A DNA stretch of 64,000 nucleotides. It comes from Lama guanicoe. Its lineage: Eukaryota. Below are positions 24,451 through 36,600 of this stretch, piece after piece; the first letter of the stretch is position 1; every line of letters starts with the position of its first letter. The stretch lies in contig MU054187.1 in assembly GCA_013239625.1 (NCBI GenBank), forward strand, positions 13,176,974-13,240,973. The letters run 5' to 3'. The position numbers and the translations under genes were made by a program. The notes beneath the pieces were generated by a model. It was given only the letters and a program-made list of their open reading frames with translations, ran no database searches and was not told the origin of the DNA.

Positions 24451-27400
24451 GCAACCCTGTTTTCAAAAGCAGCCCCATTCCTAAGATTTCAGATGCTGGC
24501 CTTCCCTGCTCAGAAAACAGGTGTCCCTACTGTTTGCAGGCAGCAAAGGTCCCTGCACAGAAGCCTGGGAAAGGGCAGGGCTATCAGACTCTGTTCTACC
24601 TGAAGGAACAGGTAACAGGAAACTGTTGAGTCGATGAATAGAACCTAATTGGCACACAGGAGCCAGAAGTGAGTGTTTTTCGGAATTAAAATTCCTTAAA
24701 AACTTCCCACTGACAAGAAAAGCTTAAAAAAGAAAAACACAGAAGATTGTTTTGTGATCATCAAACGGACAGCTCCAAACAATGGAACTATTCTTTACAG
24801 AATTCTCTTGTAAACATAACGTTCACCCAAATTCATTCTTAAAATCAGGTATCGAGGTTGATGACAACATCACGGAGTTACCTATGGGCCTTAAGCTTGA
24901 GAATATATTGTCTATATTCAGGAGGAAACGAATTCCACAGCTCAACAGAAGGCTAATATTCCAAGTCAATTAGTACGATGTATCAGGTTTTCTAGTTCTC
25001 AATGTCTCCACTCGCCAGCCCGTCTTCTTTTCTTACTTAATCAAACTGGGCATGTGGTTTCTGACCAGACCTTTTGTGTGCTAGGCCAGGGTCACCCACC
25101 ACCATGGGGCACTGAAATGCACCGCTAACAAAAAACTCAGCTTTCCTGGGGATGCGCCTGAATACGCACATATAAGCACCTGATTGTTTATATTAGAGAT
25201 AATATTTGTAGTCTAGGTACATGTCAGACGCAGATTGAAAGTTACTTGTAGACGGTCATTCAGAGGAAGACGATCATTTTGTTTTGCTTAGTCAATGCCA
25301 GGATTTCTTCAATTTCTTCTTGTCAAATCCGTACCCAGCAAGTTCTGGTCTCATTAGCATTATCCTGGCCCATCTGCATTCTCCTACAAGTAGAAAGACT
25401 TCATTCTCTGCTCTGAGCCGAGCTCTTAAAAACTTGGCCACTGTGTGCCTTACTGTAATAAAATAAAGGCATTCAGGAAGGCCACTGTACTGACAACCGG
25501 AAGATCCAGTCTGCCTGCAGCTCCCCCGCCTGCCGGCAGGACGGCTCAGAGATGGGTGCTGGCTCTCGGGGTGGTAGGAAGCAATTGATAAGCACATGCC
25601 TTTGCTTCCGGCCCGCTACAGCACCAGCTTTGTTTCATCTACAGATGATTAAATAGTCTACGAGGCAATTATGAACTGGAGGAAGGAACAGCCAACTCTC
25701 TCCAGGTTTCCTCAATCAGCCTGATTGAATTTCTCAAAGGCAGAGAGAGCAGGAGCAGGAGCTGTTTCAGAAGGGACTTTTCCTGGAAATTGTTCGGCAG
25801 CTCAGAATCGAGCCTTTCAGTTAACTGCTTGCTGTTTCATTTTATTATGTGCAAATTGTGGCTTAATAGATTTACAGTTGCTATAAACTCTCAACCCTCA
25901 GGATAGCCCAAGTGGCTAGTACTTATTCAAATGACTGATACGAAAAGTGATGGTTGCAAATTCTAACCAGAGGTGAAATAAACTCTACTTTAATAAACGG
26001 CATGCCAGCATCCTCCACCATTCCAGTCACTGGGCAGGGTTTTTATTGCCCCTTATAACTTATAGAAAAATACATGGTATTCATTCTGGCAGGGAGGGAG
26101 AATAAGGGACAAGTGCTGGAGAAAAGTTGAAATAATTATCATGTCACAGTTGAGAGGTAAAGTGCTATTATTTAAAGATGTTGTTTTGGAAATTTATATA
26201 GGAGGTAAATATGTATATAAAAACAAAGTTAATAAAGTTTCATTTTTTTGAAAAAGCCATTAGATATTGGAATGAATTCCTTTCCTCCCTGCACATAAAA
26301 TAGCAGTAAAACAAAACAAGGCAACATCCTGCAGTCCTATACACTCCTTAGTAGTGTCTCCATCATGGGTTACTCTCAGCAATGATCACAGATCCGAATC
26401 CCTACGGTTGAGTCACTTATATGATATGAATGATGTTTACAGACATGTTGAAATTCTCTGTTACCCAAATGGGGCTTTTGAAGATCGCTTCACTAAAACT
26501 GTGCAACTCATTTTGTCAACTGGCTTATAAAAAGAATCCCTGACTGGGGGTCATAATCCCTGCATATGGTTCCAGAAGCACAGATACTTGCTGCTTGACC
26601 TTGGACTCAGTGACTTAAGCTTCGTCGTGGACCTTGGGGACTCAGGTTTCTCATATGTTAAATGGGCTTTTTTTTTGGCCCTGATTGGTTTATGCCACTT
26701 CAAAAAAAAATTTTTTTAAGTGAAATAGCTTTGATAAATACAAAAGGGTATACAAACAGAGGACAAACTAATGTGACAATAACACTCTGTCAAAAAGACG
26801 TCATTGGATGGGTTGGACTGGTTGTCTATGCTGATTAGTTCGAGGCATCTACAAGGACATGGATCAAGACACTGAAAATATGGCCCATGAGAGAAAGGAC
26901 TTCAGCAATTTAATGGGATAAATTCTTTTGCACTATGACTTAAGTTTCCAAGAAGATCACATCAGCAATGGCACATCTTCATGACACTCTGGAATGGCAG
27001 GCAGCCTTTTTAAAAAGTGTGAGCAACCAGTGGTTTAGACCACGGTTTGAATGCTCAAATCCAGGGCTGGTTAAGTCTGGACCATTTCATGACTGAGCAG
27101 AGCAAAGTGAGTCCTAATTTTACATGACTTGTCGGAAACACACACAGATCAGTAAACACTGAATATTAAACACACCATCTGAAGCCGTCATCGGGATAAC
27201 ATAATTGCTCTTGGTGTCTTTTAGACTAAAGGAATCTTTTCACTCTAAATTATATAATAAAACCTATGGTCAAATACTAATTTTGGGAATCTGAGCTCAA
27301 GCCACTAATTTAAACGACATAATCTTTAAATATTTAAATAATATATTTTACTACAGAGTAATTTCGTTGACTAATTTATTTTTCCTATGCATGTTTTCCA

Positions 27401-27638
27401 AAGGAAATCAACTTACTCTATTAGAGATTGGATTAAGTAATTAGCAGATTATTCAGGAGGCCAATTATCTATTTCAGCAAAATCTGTACAAGGAGGAAAA
27501 GGATGTGAAATTTAAGCCAATTGGATTCCTATCTTTTTGGAATTGGTAAAAGACTTGAAGCAGTAGGGAAAAAAAAAAAGAAAAAATTACTTTATATATT
27601 TTATGTCAGGCAGAGGATGTGAAGCTGATTTAAATAAA

Positions 27639-27676
27639 TTTAAATTCATTACTATGCTTTAAATTCATTACTATGC
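27639..27676. repeat. Perfect 19-bp tandem duplication
   Basis: tttaaattcattactatgc x2. Confidence 0.95.
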
Positions 27677-30527
27677 CTATCTGGAGAAGATTGGCATTCT
27701 GTACTTCATTTGGAAATAATAATATGAATACAAGACATCATGCAAAGGGGGCAATGAAATAATTTTAAACATTTGGGTAAAAATGTGTTAAAGCAAAAAC
27801 CAACCGTACAGAATGAAAAATATTAAAATATTTGCCGAGGAATTTATTTTACCCACAGCTCCTTTGAATTGTACTCAAAGTCCCCAAGATGCTTTTTAAA
27901 ATGTGTACATAAAACATTTAAATATTACAGTTAATGTCTCCATATATTTTTCTTTTTTTACAAATTTCTCATCTTCCTAAAACCAAAGGAATATGTAATT
28001 ATTCACTGAGTAACAACATCATTTAGGGAAAAAAAACTGTATAATATGCCCTTGAAATAACATCTGTTTAGCATAATGCAGATAAGAGAACAGTTTTTAA
28101 TTCATCCGTCCACACAGCCACTTAAAGTCTAAGAATAGATAAAGTATAATGTGATTTGCTACGTTTTTGTTGTGAAACATGATATTAAAATGGTTCAGAA
28201 GCTCCCAAACGTGATTTTAAAATTGCATAGGCTTCTACACTTCATTAACAAACTACAGATGGACAGATAATAAGGCTCTTTATTGGGGAATATGCTATTG
28301 TGCAGCTGTTAGCACAATGCAGTAAAGGAGGCCAGTTGCAAATCTCATCAATAGTTCTACCGTTTTCCACCACTTGAATGGAAAGTGATAATGTATAGAT
28401 CTCACAGTCATTAAGAACTTTCCGTTACTCCTTTAGGATTAATTTGCGTTGACCCAGAGTTTTGTATTTGCTTAACACAAGCCATGGGTTACTTTGATGT
28501 TATCTGCTTCTATAAACAGTAATATACAGTCCTCTCCTGGGCTGAAACAGCTCTTTTCCAGTGAGAATTGACGGTATTAATCATTCTGAAGTCCAAGAGC
28601 GCTGATCATAAATTGTATGCAGGGCCCTCACTTAGTACCTCCCAGGACTCCCATTTATCAGTAATTCCTCTTTCCCACCTGGATATAAATATATGAAGAA
28701 CAATTTGTCTCAGAACTTGGGCTCTGTGATCTTCTTGATGTCTAAGTGACAGGAGAACCGTTTTGTTAACAAATAAATATTTATTCTCCATTTTTTGAAA
28801 TAAAGATCTAAATTATCTGCCATTTCTAAAGCCTGATTCCCTCAAGTGGCCAGAAGAGAAAATGCATGGCTTGCCTGTTTCACGTATGTGAAATAAACTG
28901 GGATGGTGGCAGATGAAAGGAATCGTTTTGCAACAACTTTAAAAATAAAAGATAGTAGTTTTAAATCACGTCCAAGATATCAACACGGACTTCTTTTTAC
29001 CATACATTAAGGCTAAAAATGGTAGCTTACAATTTATGAACTGTCGGGTCTGAAAAAAAAAAGGTGTCTGGAGAGCACTATTTTTTTAATACAAACTTGC
29101 AAAGATCTGCAGAAATTATTTATCCTAAACAAAACCCGAATAATTCAGCTCAAGATCAGTACAAATCAAAAGAAAACACAGAAGTAAACTTTGTCACGTA
29201 GATATTATTAGCAAAGTCTTCCTTCCACACCGCCCACATTAGCTGCTCACTCAGAGAAGTGGTTGAGTTTGGTATCTATTTTTCAGGGGAAAATATCCTT
29301 ATACAGTGTGGAAGAAGATAGGCAAGAGGAACAATAACCAGAAAGAATATTTAGAGACTAACTATTTAGAAACCTTTAATTTCAGGGGGTGTTCATTTCT
29401 CCATATGACTGATTTGGTAGCTTTGGGGATTTTCCATCACATAAGTGAAAGCAAGCAGACCAATACACAGAGACTCAACCTCTTGAACACAGAGACATTT
29501 CTGCAACATGTTTGGTTTCACCCCCGGCTTGGCCTGGATTTGTGAATTTCAAAGTTCTCACTGTTTCACTGTGAACCTGTGGTTTTAAAATTTTGTTGGG
29601 CTCTAAACTTATCAGTATGTGAGTTTATTTTATGTTAAGCACCTTGACATTCCAATCCTTAAAAATGCCAATAGAAACAACAAAAACATAAATAAACTAT
29701 TGCAATGAGCCAAAAAGATCCAACTGAAGAAGGTAAACCTAAAAAAGTTTAATGGAAAAACGTCTAAGTGGAAAGGATTAAAAACTTTGTAAACACAATC
29801 GTTTTCTTTTTGCTGAAACTATAAACTCCACAATCTTCTTTTTTTTTTTAATGTGATCAAAACAAAAACAAAAATGGAGAGTGGAAATATGTGAGTCCCC
29901 AAATTATTCTACAGACTGTCATTTGATAGTCTCTTTTGGAAGATTAGTTTGTGCTGAGTTCTGCTATCAGAACTTTCTTGGTATTACTGTAGTTTCGCAT
30001 CAGATGGGCTGAAGGAAACTTCTTCCCGTGTTAAGATGTGTCTGGGTTTGCCATTTGTAAATTGCACCGTTTGCGGAGTTGAGCAATGAACCAGTAAAGT
30101 CAGGGGCACCTGAGTATTCCTGTTCCTATCTAGAGCTGCCTCCGGCTCCCTATAGGTTGTAATCTGAATGATACGAGGGGCTTACTAACCAAGACGTCTC
30201 CCCCAAACAGGGACCAGATGTTTGACATTCCATCTCTAGACTCCTTTTGGATTCTTCTCTTTGGCATCATGTTGACCAAGTGTAACTCCTGGGAGGTACC
30301 ACACATTCCATTAGTGTACCCAAGAGGCAGGGGTGAGGGAGAGAAGTCAGGAGCACTGGAAGACTGCATAACCTCTTTACCCATCTCTGTGTGGATATAG
30401 GCTCTTCCCACTCCAGACCCCTCTCCCTGCTTCCCAGACAACTGCCAGTCACTCTTCTACATGCATCGAAACATCTCATCCCATCCATTATCTTTCATCA
30501 TTCCCTGCACAGCTGATTAGACCTTCA

Positions 30528-30528
<1 letters not shown>

Positions 30529-30573
<45 letters not shown>

Positions 30574-30589
30574 TGCGCACGCGCGCGCA
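30529..30589. repeat. (CA)n microsatellite with (GC)-rich alternating tail
   Basis: (AC)20 then gtgcgtgcgcacgcgcgcgca. Confidence 0.95.
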
Positions 30590-30594
30590 AGTGC

Positions 30595-30800
30595 ATAAGA
30601 CTGTCCCAGTGAACTTCTCATCATGCCAAGCTCTTTCATTACTCTTTATTTCACTTTCATTTCTTAACTTCTTTGTATGGCTCGTTTTTTTCTGCCTGCA
30701 GTTCCTTGTCCTATTTTTTTTTTTTGCTTGTTAAACTCCTACTTCATCCTTCAGGATCCAATTCTAGTGACACTTTCCCAGTGAAATCTTTCTAAGACCT
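30595..30800 (+). mobile_element. L2 fragment (outer layer; appears to resume at 32880-33065)
   Basis: catgccaagctcttt...aaactcctacttcatccttcagga..cactttcccagtgaaatcttt; resumes with agtacccagcacttgcctggc..aggaggctc..aatgaatga. Confidence 0.6.
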
Positions 30801-30809
30801 TTATTTACT

Positions 30810-31240
30810 ATTTACTCATCTATTCAACAAATATTTATTGAGTACTTCCTGTCTGCCGAAAAGAATCTTAGGTGTGGGGGATGTAATGGTAAACCAAAAC
30901 AGACCTATCCAGTTTTTGAGAAACTTCAGGTACAGTGGGAGAAAAAAATATTCATCAAATAATCATCAGAACAAGTGAGAATCTGTACCTGTGTCGGTGC
31001 TATGGAAGAGTTTCTCGTTGCCATGATTACTAAGATGGGATTCAACCTATCCAAGAGGTCAGGGAAGACTTTTCTGTTGAGGTAATGTTTGTGCTGAGAG
31101 TTGGAAGGACAGATTCAAGTTACTAGTTGAGGAGGAGGGGGAGAAAAGAGTGTCCTAGACTGAGGGAATAGCATGTACAAAGGTTGGGTGGGAAAGGTTA
31201 TAGCAAAAAGAAGAGAGTAAAAATAAGCCAGAGCTGACTT
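30810..31240 (-). mobile_element. L2 fragment (resumes at about 32615-32850)
   Basis: tttactcatctattcaacaaatatttattgagtacttcct..., gaggtcagggaagactt, gggaatagcatgtacaaagg. Confidence 0.8.
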
Positions 31241-31284
31241 ACACAGTGATTCCTTAGATAAAATGTTAAAAGCACACAGAATAA

Positions 31285-31385
31285 GAGAGGAGGATATAGT
31301 TCAAGTGGTAGAGTGCATGCTTAGTTAGTATGCACAAGATCCTGGGTTCAATCACCAGTACCTCCTCTAAAAACAAATAAGTAAA
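31285..31385 (+). mobile_element. tRNA-Ala-derived SINE (camelid Vic-1-like)
   Basis: ggaggatatagttcaagtggtagagtgcatgcttag..tgcacaagatcctgggttcaatcaccagtacctcc plus A-rich tail; 18-bp TSD at 31267-31284 and 31386-31403. Confidence 0.9.
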
Positions 31386-31473
31386 TAAAAGTGCACAGAA
31401 TAAAAGAAAAACAAAAAGATAAGTTGAACTATAAAAGTTAAAAACTTTTGCACTTCCAAAGACACACTAAGAA

Positions 31474-31630
31474 TATGAATATATGTATTGGAATGTATGA
31501 CTGAAGCATTATGCTGTATGCCAGAAACTGACACAACATTATAAACTGACTTTAAAACTTCAACAAAAATATATATTAAAACAAAACAAGAAATGGATTT
31601 AAAAAATTATCAGTAAAAAGCTAAAAAAAA
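31474..31630 (+). mobile_element. Short young L1 3' tail inserted in the L1MB
   Basis: gtatgactgaagcattatgctgtatgccagaaactgacacaacattataaactgac..acttcaa matches the end of the 4120-4478 family. Confidence 0.75.
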
Positions 31631-34600
31631 AGTGAAAAGATAACCCATAGAATGAGAGAAAATATTCACAAGTCATATATCTGATAAATGACTTGGATCA
31701 AGAATATATAAAGAGTTCTTACAACTCAATAATGAAAAGACAACCCATTAAAAATGGGCAAATGATCTGAATAGATATTTCTCCAAAGAAGATATACAAA
31801 TACTCAATAAACACATGAAAAGATATTAAACTTCATTATTTATCAGGGAATTGCAAATCAATACCATGATGAGATACCACTTTAAAGATGGCTATACTAT
31901 GTAGAGAATAACAAGTGTTGACAGGAATGTGGAAAACTTGGAACATTTATACATGGCCGGCAGGAATATAAGAAATTGTGGTGCTACTTTGGAAAACAGT
32001 TTTTCATAAAAGGTTAAACATAGATATCATATGACCCAGCAATTCCACTTCTAAGTATCTCCCCAGGAGCACTGAAAATATATGTCCACACAAAGACTTG
32101 CACAGGAACGTTCAGAGTAGAATTATTCCTAATACCCCTGAAATAGAAACCACTCAAATGTCCATCAACTGAGAAATGGATAAACAAAATGTGGTCTATC
32201 CATACATCCATACAGTAGAATACTATTCTGCAGTAAAGAGAAACGAAGTACTGATAAGTGTTCACAACATGGATGACCCTCAAAACATAATGCTCAGAGA
32301 AAGAAGCCAGGCACAAAAGGATGCACATTTTATGATTATATTTACATAAAACGTACAGGGAAAAGGCAAATGTGTAAGGATAGAGAGTAGATTAGTAGTT
32401 GTTTGGGTTTTGGGTTTGGGACTGGGGAATGACTGTAGATGGACATAAGGTTTCTTTATAGGGTGATGGAAATGTTCTAAAGTTAGATTGCGATGATGTT
32501 TGTATAACTCTGTAAATATAACAAAATCTTCTGAACTGTACACTTTAAACAGGTTAAGAGTGACTTTTATGGTATGCAGATTATATCTCAATGAAGCTGT
32601 TAAGAAAAGGTATAAGCCTGCATGGCTGGAACCCAAGAGTGAAGCAGACCCAGGGACACCAGAGCAGGGTGATGTTGGGTTTTGTAGGCTACCATATTAA
32701 GGAGCTTTGTTTTCATTCTCAAAGGAGTAGAAAGCAATAAAATGATTTTAACATGGGGTGAGTGATGACGATATAGTTGGATTTGCACTTTGAAGAACAC
32801 TGTGGCTACAGGGAACCAAAAACTTACAACTGGAGGTAGACCAGGTAGATTGGCTGCATGTGTTCTCACCACATCAATGTTTCTAATTATGGAGCTACCA
32901 TATTCAGTAATGATTTAGGCATTTATCTGCCTTTATTTACCCATTTATCCTTTATTCCTGCAGTTCTGGAACGTGGGAATGATGTCTTATTCAAACCTTA
33001 TATTGCCAGTACCCAGCACTTGCCTGGCGTTCAGGAGGCTCTGAATGATTATACAATGAATGATATTGAAAGGAGCAGAGGAACGCAGGGGAAATCTGAC
33101 TTCTGGTCTGCCCCTCTCCACTAATTTGATAGGCTGTTAGCCCCGTTCGATAGATTTGCAAATAGGATAACAGTTTGACCTCTAATCAGAAGATCGCATC
33201 ATTGTCATGCTTCCCACTCTGCCCTGAACTCTTTTGGAATCAATATTTTAGGCACAAATAAATAAGTAAATTACTATTGTGATAGGAACATATGCTCTGT
33301 GTGCCCACTGCAGCTGTTCAAATATTGGTAACAAAATTCTAATTTAGGTATTTTCTAAATTTTGCATACTCTCAGATTGAAGTCTTGACAGCCTCTTCTA
33401 TAGGTTGTTAAGCTGAACAAAATGTTGGTAACATTGATTATGCTACCTATAAAACTGATGCATCAAGGTATACGTGAGTGTCTGTGTGTGTGTGCGTGTG
33501 TATACTAATAATATTACAGGAAAGCATCTTTTTTTGAGAGGGTCCTATAAGTGACTATACACTATAATTCACTTTTAAAGGAAAGAAGGGAATGAGATGG
33601 AAAGAAACATGTTCCATAGAATATGTGAAAACAACTCCCAGCCTGCACCCTGCAGGGCCTGTGTTCAACCCAATCACCTACATTTCACACATACATATGG
33701 TGTTTTGAAAGAGAACACGAGCCCAGAATTAAGATCATGAGACCCTGAATGATCCTAAATGAGAAATAAAGACCCTATTCTGCTGTATAAAGAGTTATGA
33801 ATGAAGACAAGAACAAATGAAAAAAAAACGTTTTTGAAAATTAATTGGCCATCTCCAATATAGTACTATCTCCTATTATTTTATTTATTTAAAAGTCAAC
33901 TTCATACGAATTTGACAAAATTGTAGTAAATTATGCAAAAGAAGGTAACTGGCACCAAATAAGTCCCACAGCACATTTCTCTGTAGTCACTGTTTTGCTA
34001 GAACCTCTGTTGAGTCTGTACTCCTAACACCAAAGACTTGGGGATCAGTGTAGCATGTATTACTTGTGGTTGCCCTGCGGGTTTTCTCCATACAGCATTC
34101 ATGAGCTATTGGGCACAAAAAGCCAGATAGACACTGAAAAGAATCTGTCCCCAAGCCATTTCAATCAACCATTCTGTTTTTTTGTTTGTTTGTTTTTTAA
34201 GTCTGGTTGACCAGTCATCTAAATTGACTGACTGCTTTTACATTTGCATCTAGGGAGTAACCATTGGTGAACTTTTTGATTTGCTGTAATTAACTGGGCC
34301 AAAATCTTTGCTGTTTTAACCAACACAGTTTTCTATTCCACAGAAGTAGTCTGGCATTTTCAAACCACTTCATTACATTTTGGAGAACTTCTTTCTAATT
34401 TGCTTTTCACATCAAGCTCAACCTACAAGGATAGCCTGGTGTCTACAACTTAGATGTTTTTGAGTAATGTGAAAGAGAAAAAGGCAAAAGAGGTAAAAAT
34501 ATACGTACACATATTCCTTTCATGTTGCTATCACTCAAAAATAAAAGCAGATTTCTCTCAGATTAGACCCGTACCCACAAATCAACTTCGGGAAGCATCA

Positions 34601-36399
34601 AACAGTAATGAGATTTCAAAAGAACATTTCTTAGAAAATCACATAAGCCATTATGATTGGATCCCTAAACAATTTGGAATCCCATCTATAGCACTGAGTT
34701 TTTATAAAGTCCAGGTGCTGTTTTAAACATTTTAACTTTAATAATTTAGATGATAGGCATGAAATGAACCACCTGCATCTCCCTGATGCAGTGAATTTCC
34801 TTCTCAGAGCTGGCCTGCACTTAAATGCTATAAGCCAGGGGGCCAGCTAACCTCCCCATGTGTGATAGCCATCTTTTGTAATAGAATCTGAAATGAGACT
34901 ATGTTGTGCAAAGTTGTGTAACGTGGTCCGAAACTTTAATAAACCTGTTTTGAATGCTGTTTAAACCTTGTGGATTTTAAACTCAAGTTGCTATAGTTGA
35001 AAAGTCAGGAAGATTTTATGAAGACCTCATACTTTCAATGACAAAGTCTTCAAATTTTTCAGTAACCTGGAAAGTTCATATTTTAGGTAACTAGATTTTA
35101 AAAAATCCATTAACGGGTGTTGAGAATAGTCCACCCAAAGTTGGCAATATCTCAGGCTGTTCAGAGAGGCACACTGAAGGATATTCTTAATGAATGCTTA
35201 AAGGTGCAGTTAGAATTGGTTGCAGAGCAGAGGTGACACCATGGGTCATGAAATCGTTCCTTGACTTGTGTTTTAAAGCCAGAAACAAACAGAGCTAGCT
35301 CTTTTGGACATCTCATTAGTATCCAAGGAGAGACTTAAAGGCAAGTCAGAATGGTACTCACCTCTGCAGCCCGAGGCCACCTTCAGCAAGTCGGAGACAA
35401 GTGGATAATGCTTATCAGGATGCAGTCAAGTATTTTGGAGAACCGTTTAAAAGAGGAATGACCAGTGTCAGCAAATGGAGCAAGGATGCTGAGTCAGCTT
35501 GCAGAATCAGTAGTGAGGCAAAAGTCATCAAGAATAGGAAGATATCACAAGGAGAGAGGGGTCGCACCTGGCACCTTGCCCCTCTATCTCACGACAACAT
35601 CGGGGTTTCACTCCGAACCCACCAGTCTCCGTGGGGTGCTGGGCCAGCAGATGTTCCTCCTTGGAGGTCCTCAGGGACTCGGGCTTTGGGTCAGACGGGT
35701 GCACAAGCCAAGTGGCCACTTTGCAATGCTTAGACTTGGCATTCTGTCCTCGAACTCATGCAGCTTGCACCTCTGTCTGCCAGACACTGCAATTTCAGGC
35801 AGATAAAAACAAGACTGCTAAGTAAAAGGTAATGCTATTGGAAAGAACAATTCAGCGACTTAATGCAATGATGAGTTCTGGGTTCATTTTAACATGTCAA
35901 GGGGAAAAAAAAATGGTCTAGCCATGCATGATGAAACAACTTTGACAGCTCGATGGAAGTTTAGTAGGTAGTGGCTGGTGCAGCCTGAACTCAGTCAGCT
36001 GCATGGAAACAGAGCCAGGCGCTCATCTAGTTCCGGAAAGTCATGGATGCCCAAGTGATACCACCCAAATACCCCAGCAGAATACAATTCCGTGACCACA
36101 GCCTGTATGGTGAAGGCACACTGGTCAAAATGGAAACTATCAAGCCATTTAAGAGCCATGTTATAGCATTACTATATATGTATGTGCACACACGTATGTA
36201 TATACACACATACATATGCATGTATGGGTGTCCACATCCTCACACACACACTTTAGTCATTTTGCAATTAGAAAATACATGATAGAAATAAAATTAAGGA
36301 CCATTAATATCCTTCAGCTCTGAAACTGTGGCAGAGTGGGGGATTCATTTATCCTTTGAAACAGAAACACTGAAAATTTAACTTAGGTTAGAAGAACCC

Positions 36400-36600
36400 C
36401 AACTCAGTTCAATAAACATTTATTGAGCACCTACTAGGGACTAGGGTGGGTGTTACAAAAAGATGCATAAAATATAGGCCCCACCAGAATCTAGTAAGGG
36501 AGAAAGACTTGTGTAAATAACTAATTATAATAAAAGAAAGAGGGTGAGGCTGCTTTCAGTAGAGGTACCCACAAAATGCTAAGAAGGTACTGTGGAGGAT
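36400..36600 (-). mobile_element. L2 3' fragment
   Basis: ttcaataaacatttattgagcacctact. Confidence 0.7.

Larger units (their letters stand above)
31240..32608 (+). mobile_element. L1MB-like element, ORF2 end plus 3' UTR, with two younger insertions
   Basis: aaaaatgggcaaatgatctgaatagatatttctccaaagaagatatacaaa, catatgacccagcaattccact, aaatgtccatcaactg; ends ttatatctcaatgaagctgttaagaaaa. Confidence 0.9.

Noticed and set aside
31285..31365. Possible tRNA-Ala gene
   Set aside because: A-rich tail, TSD and a 4-nt duplication in the anticodon arm mark it as a SINE; the same applies to 11916-11999, which lacks part of the D-arm
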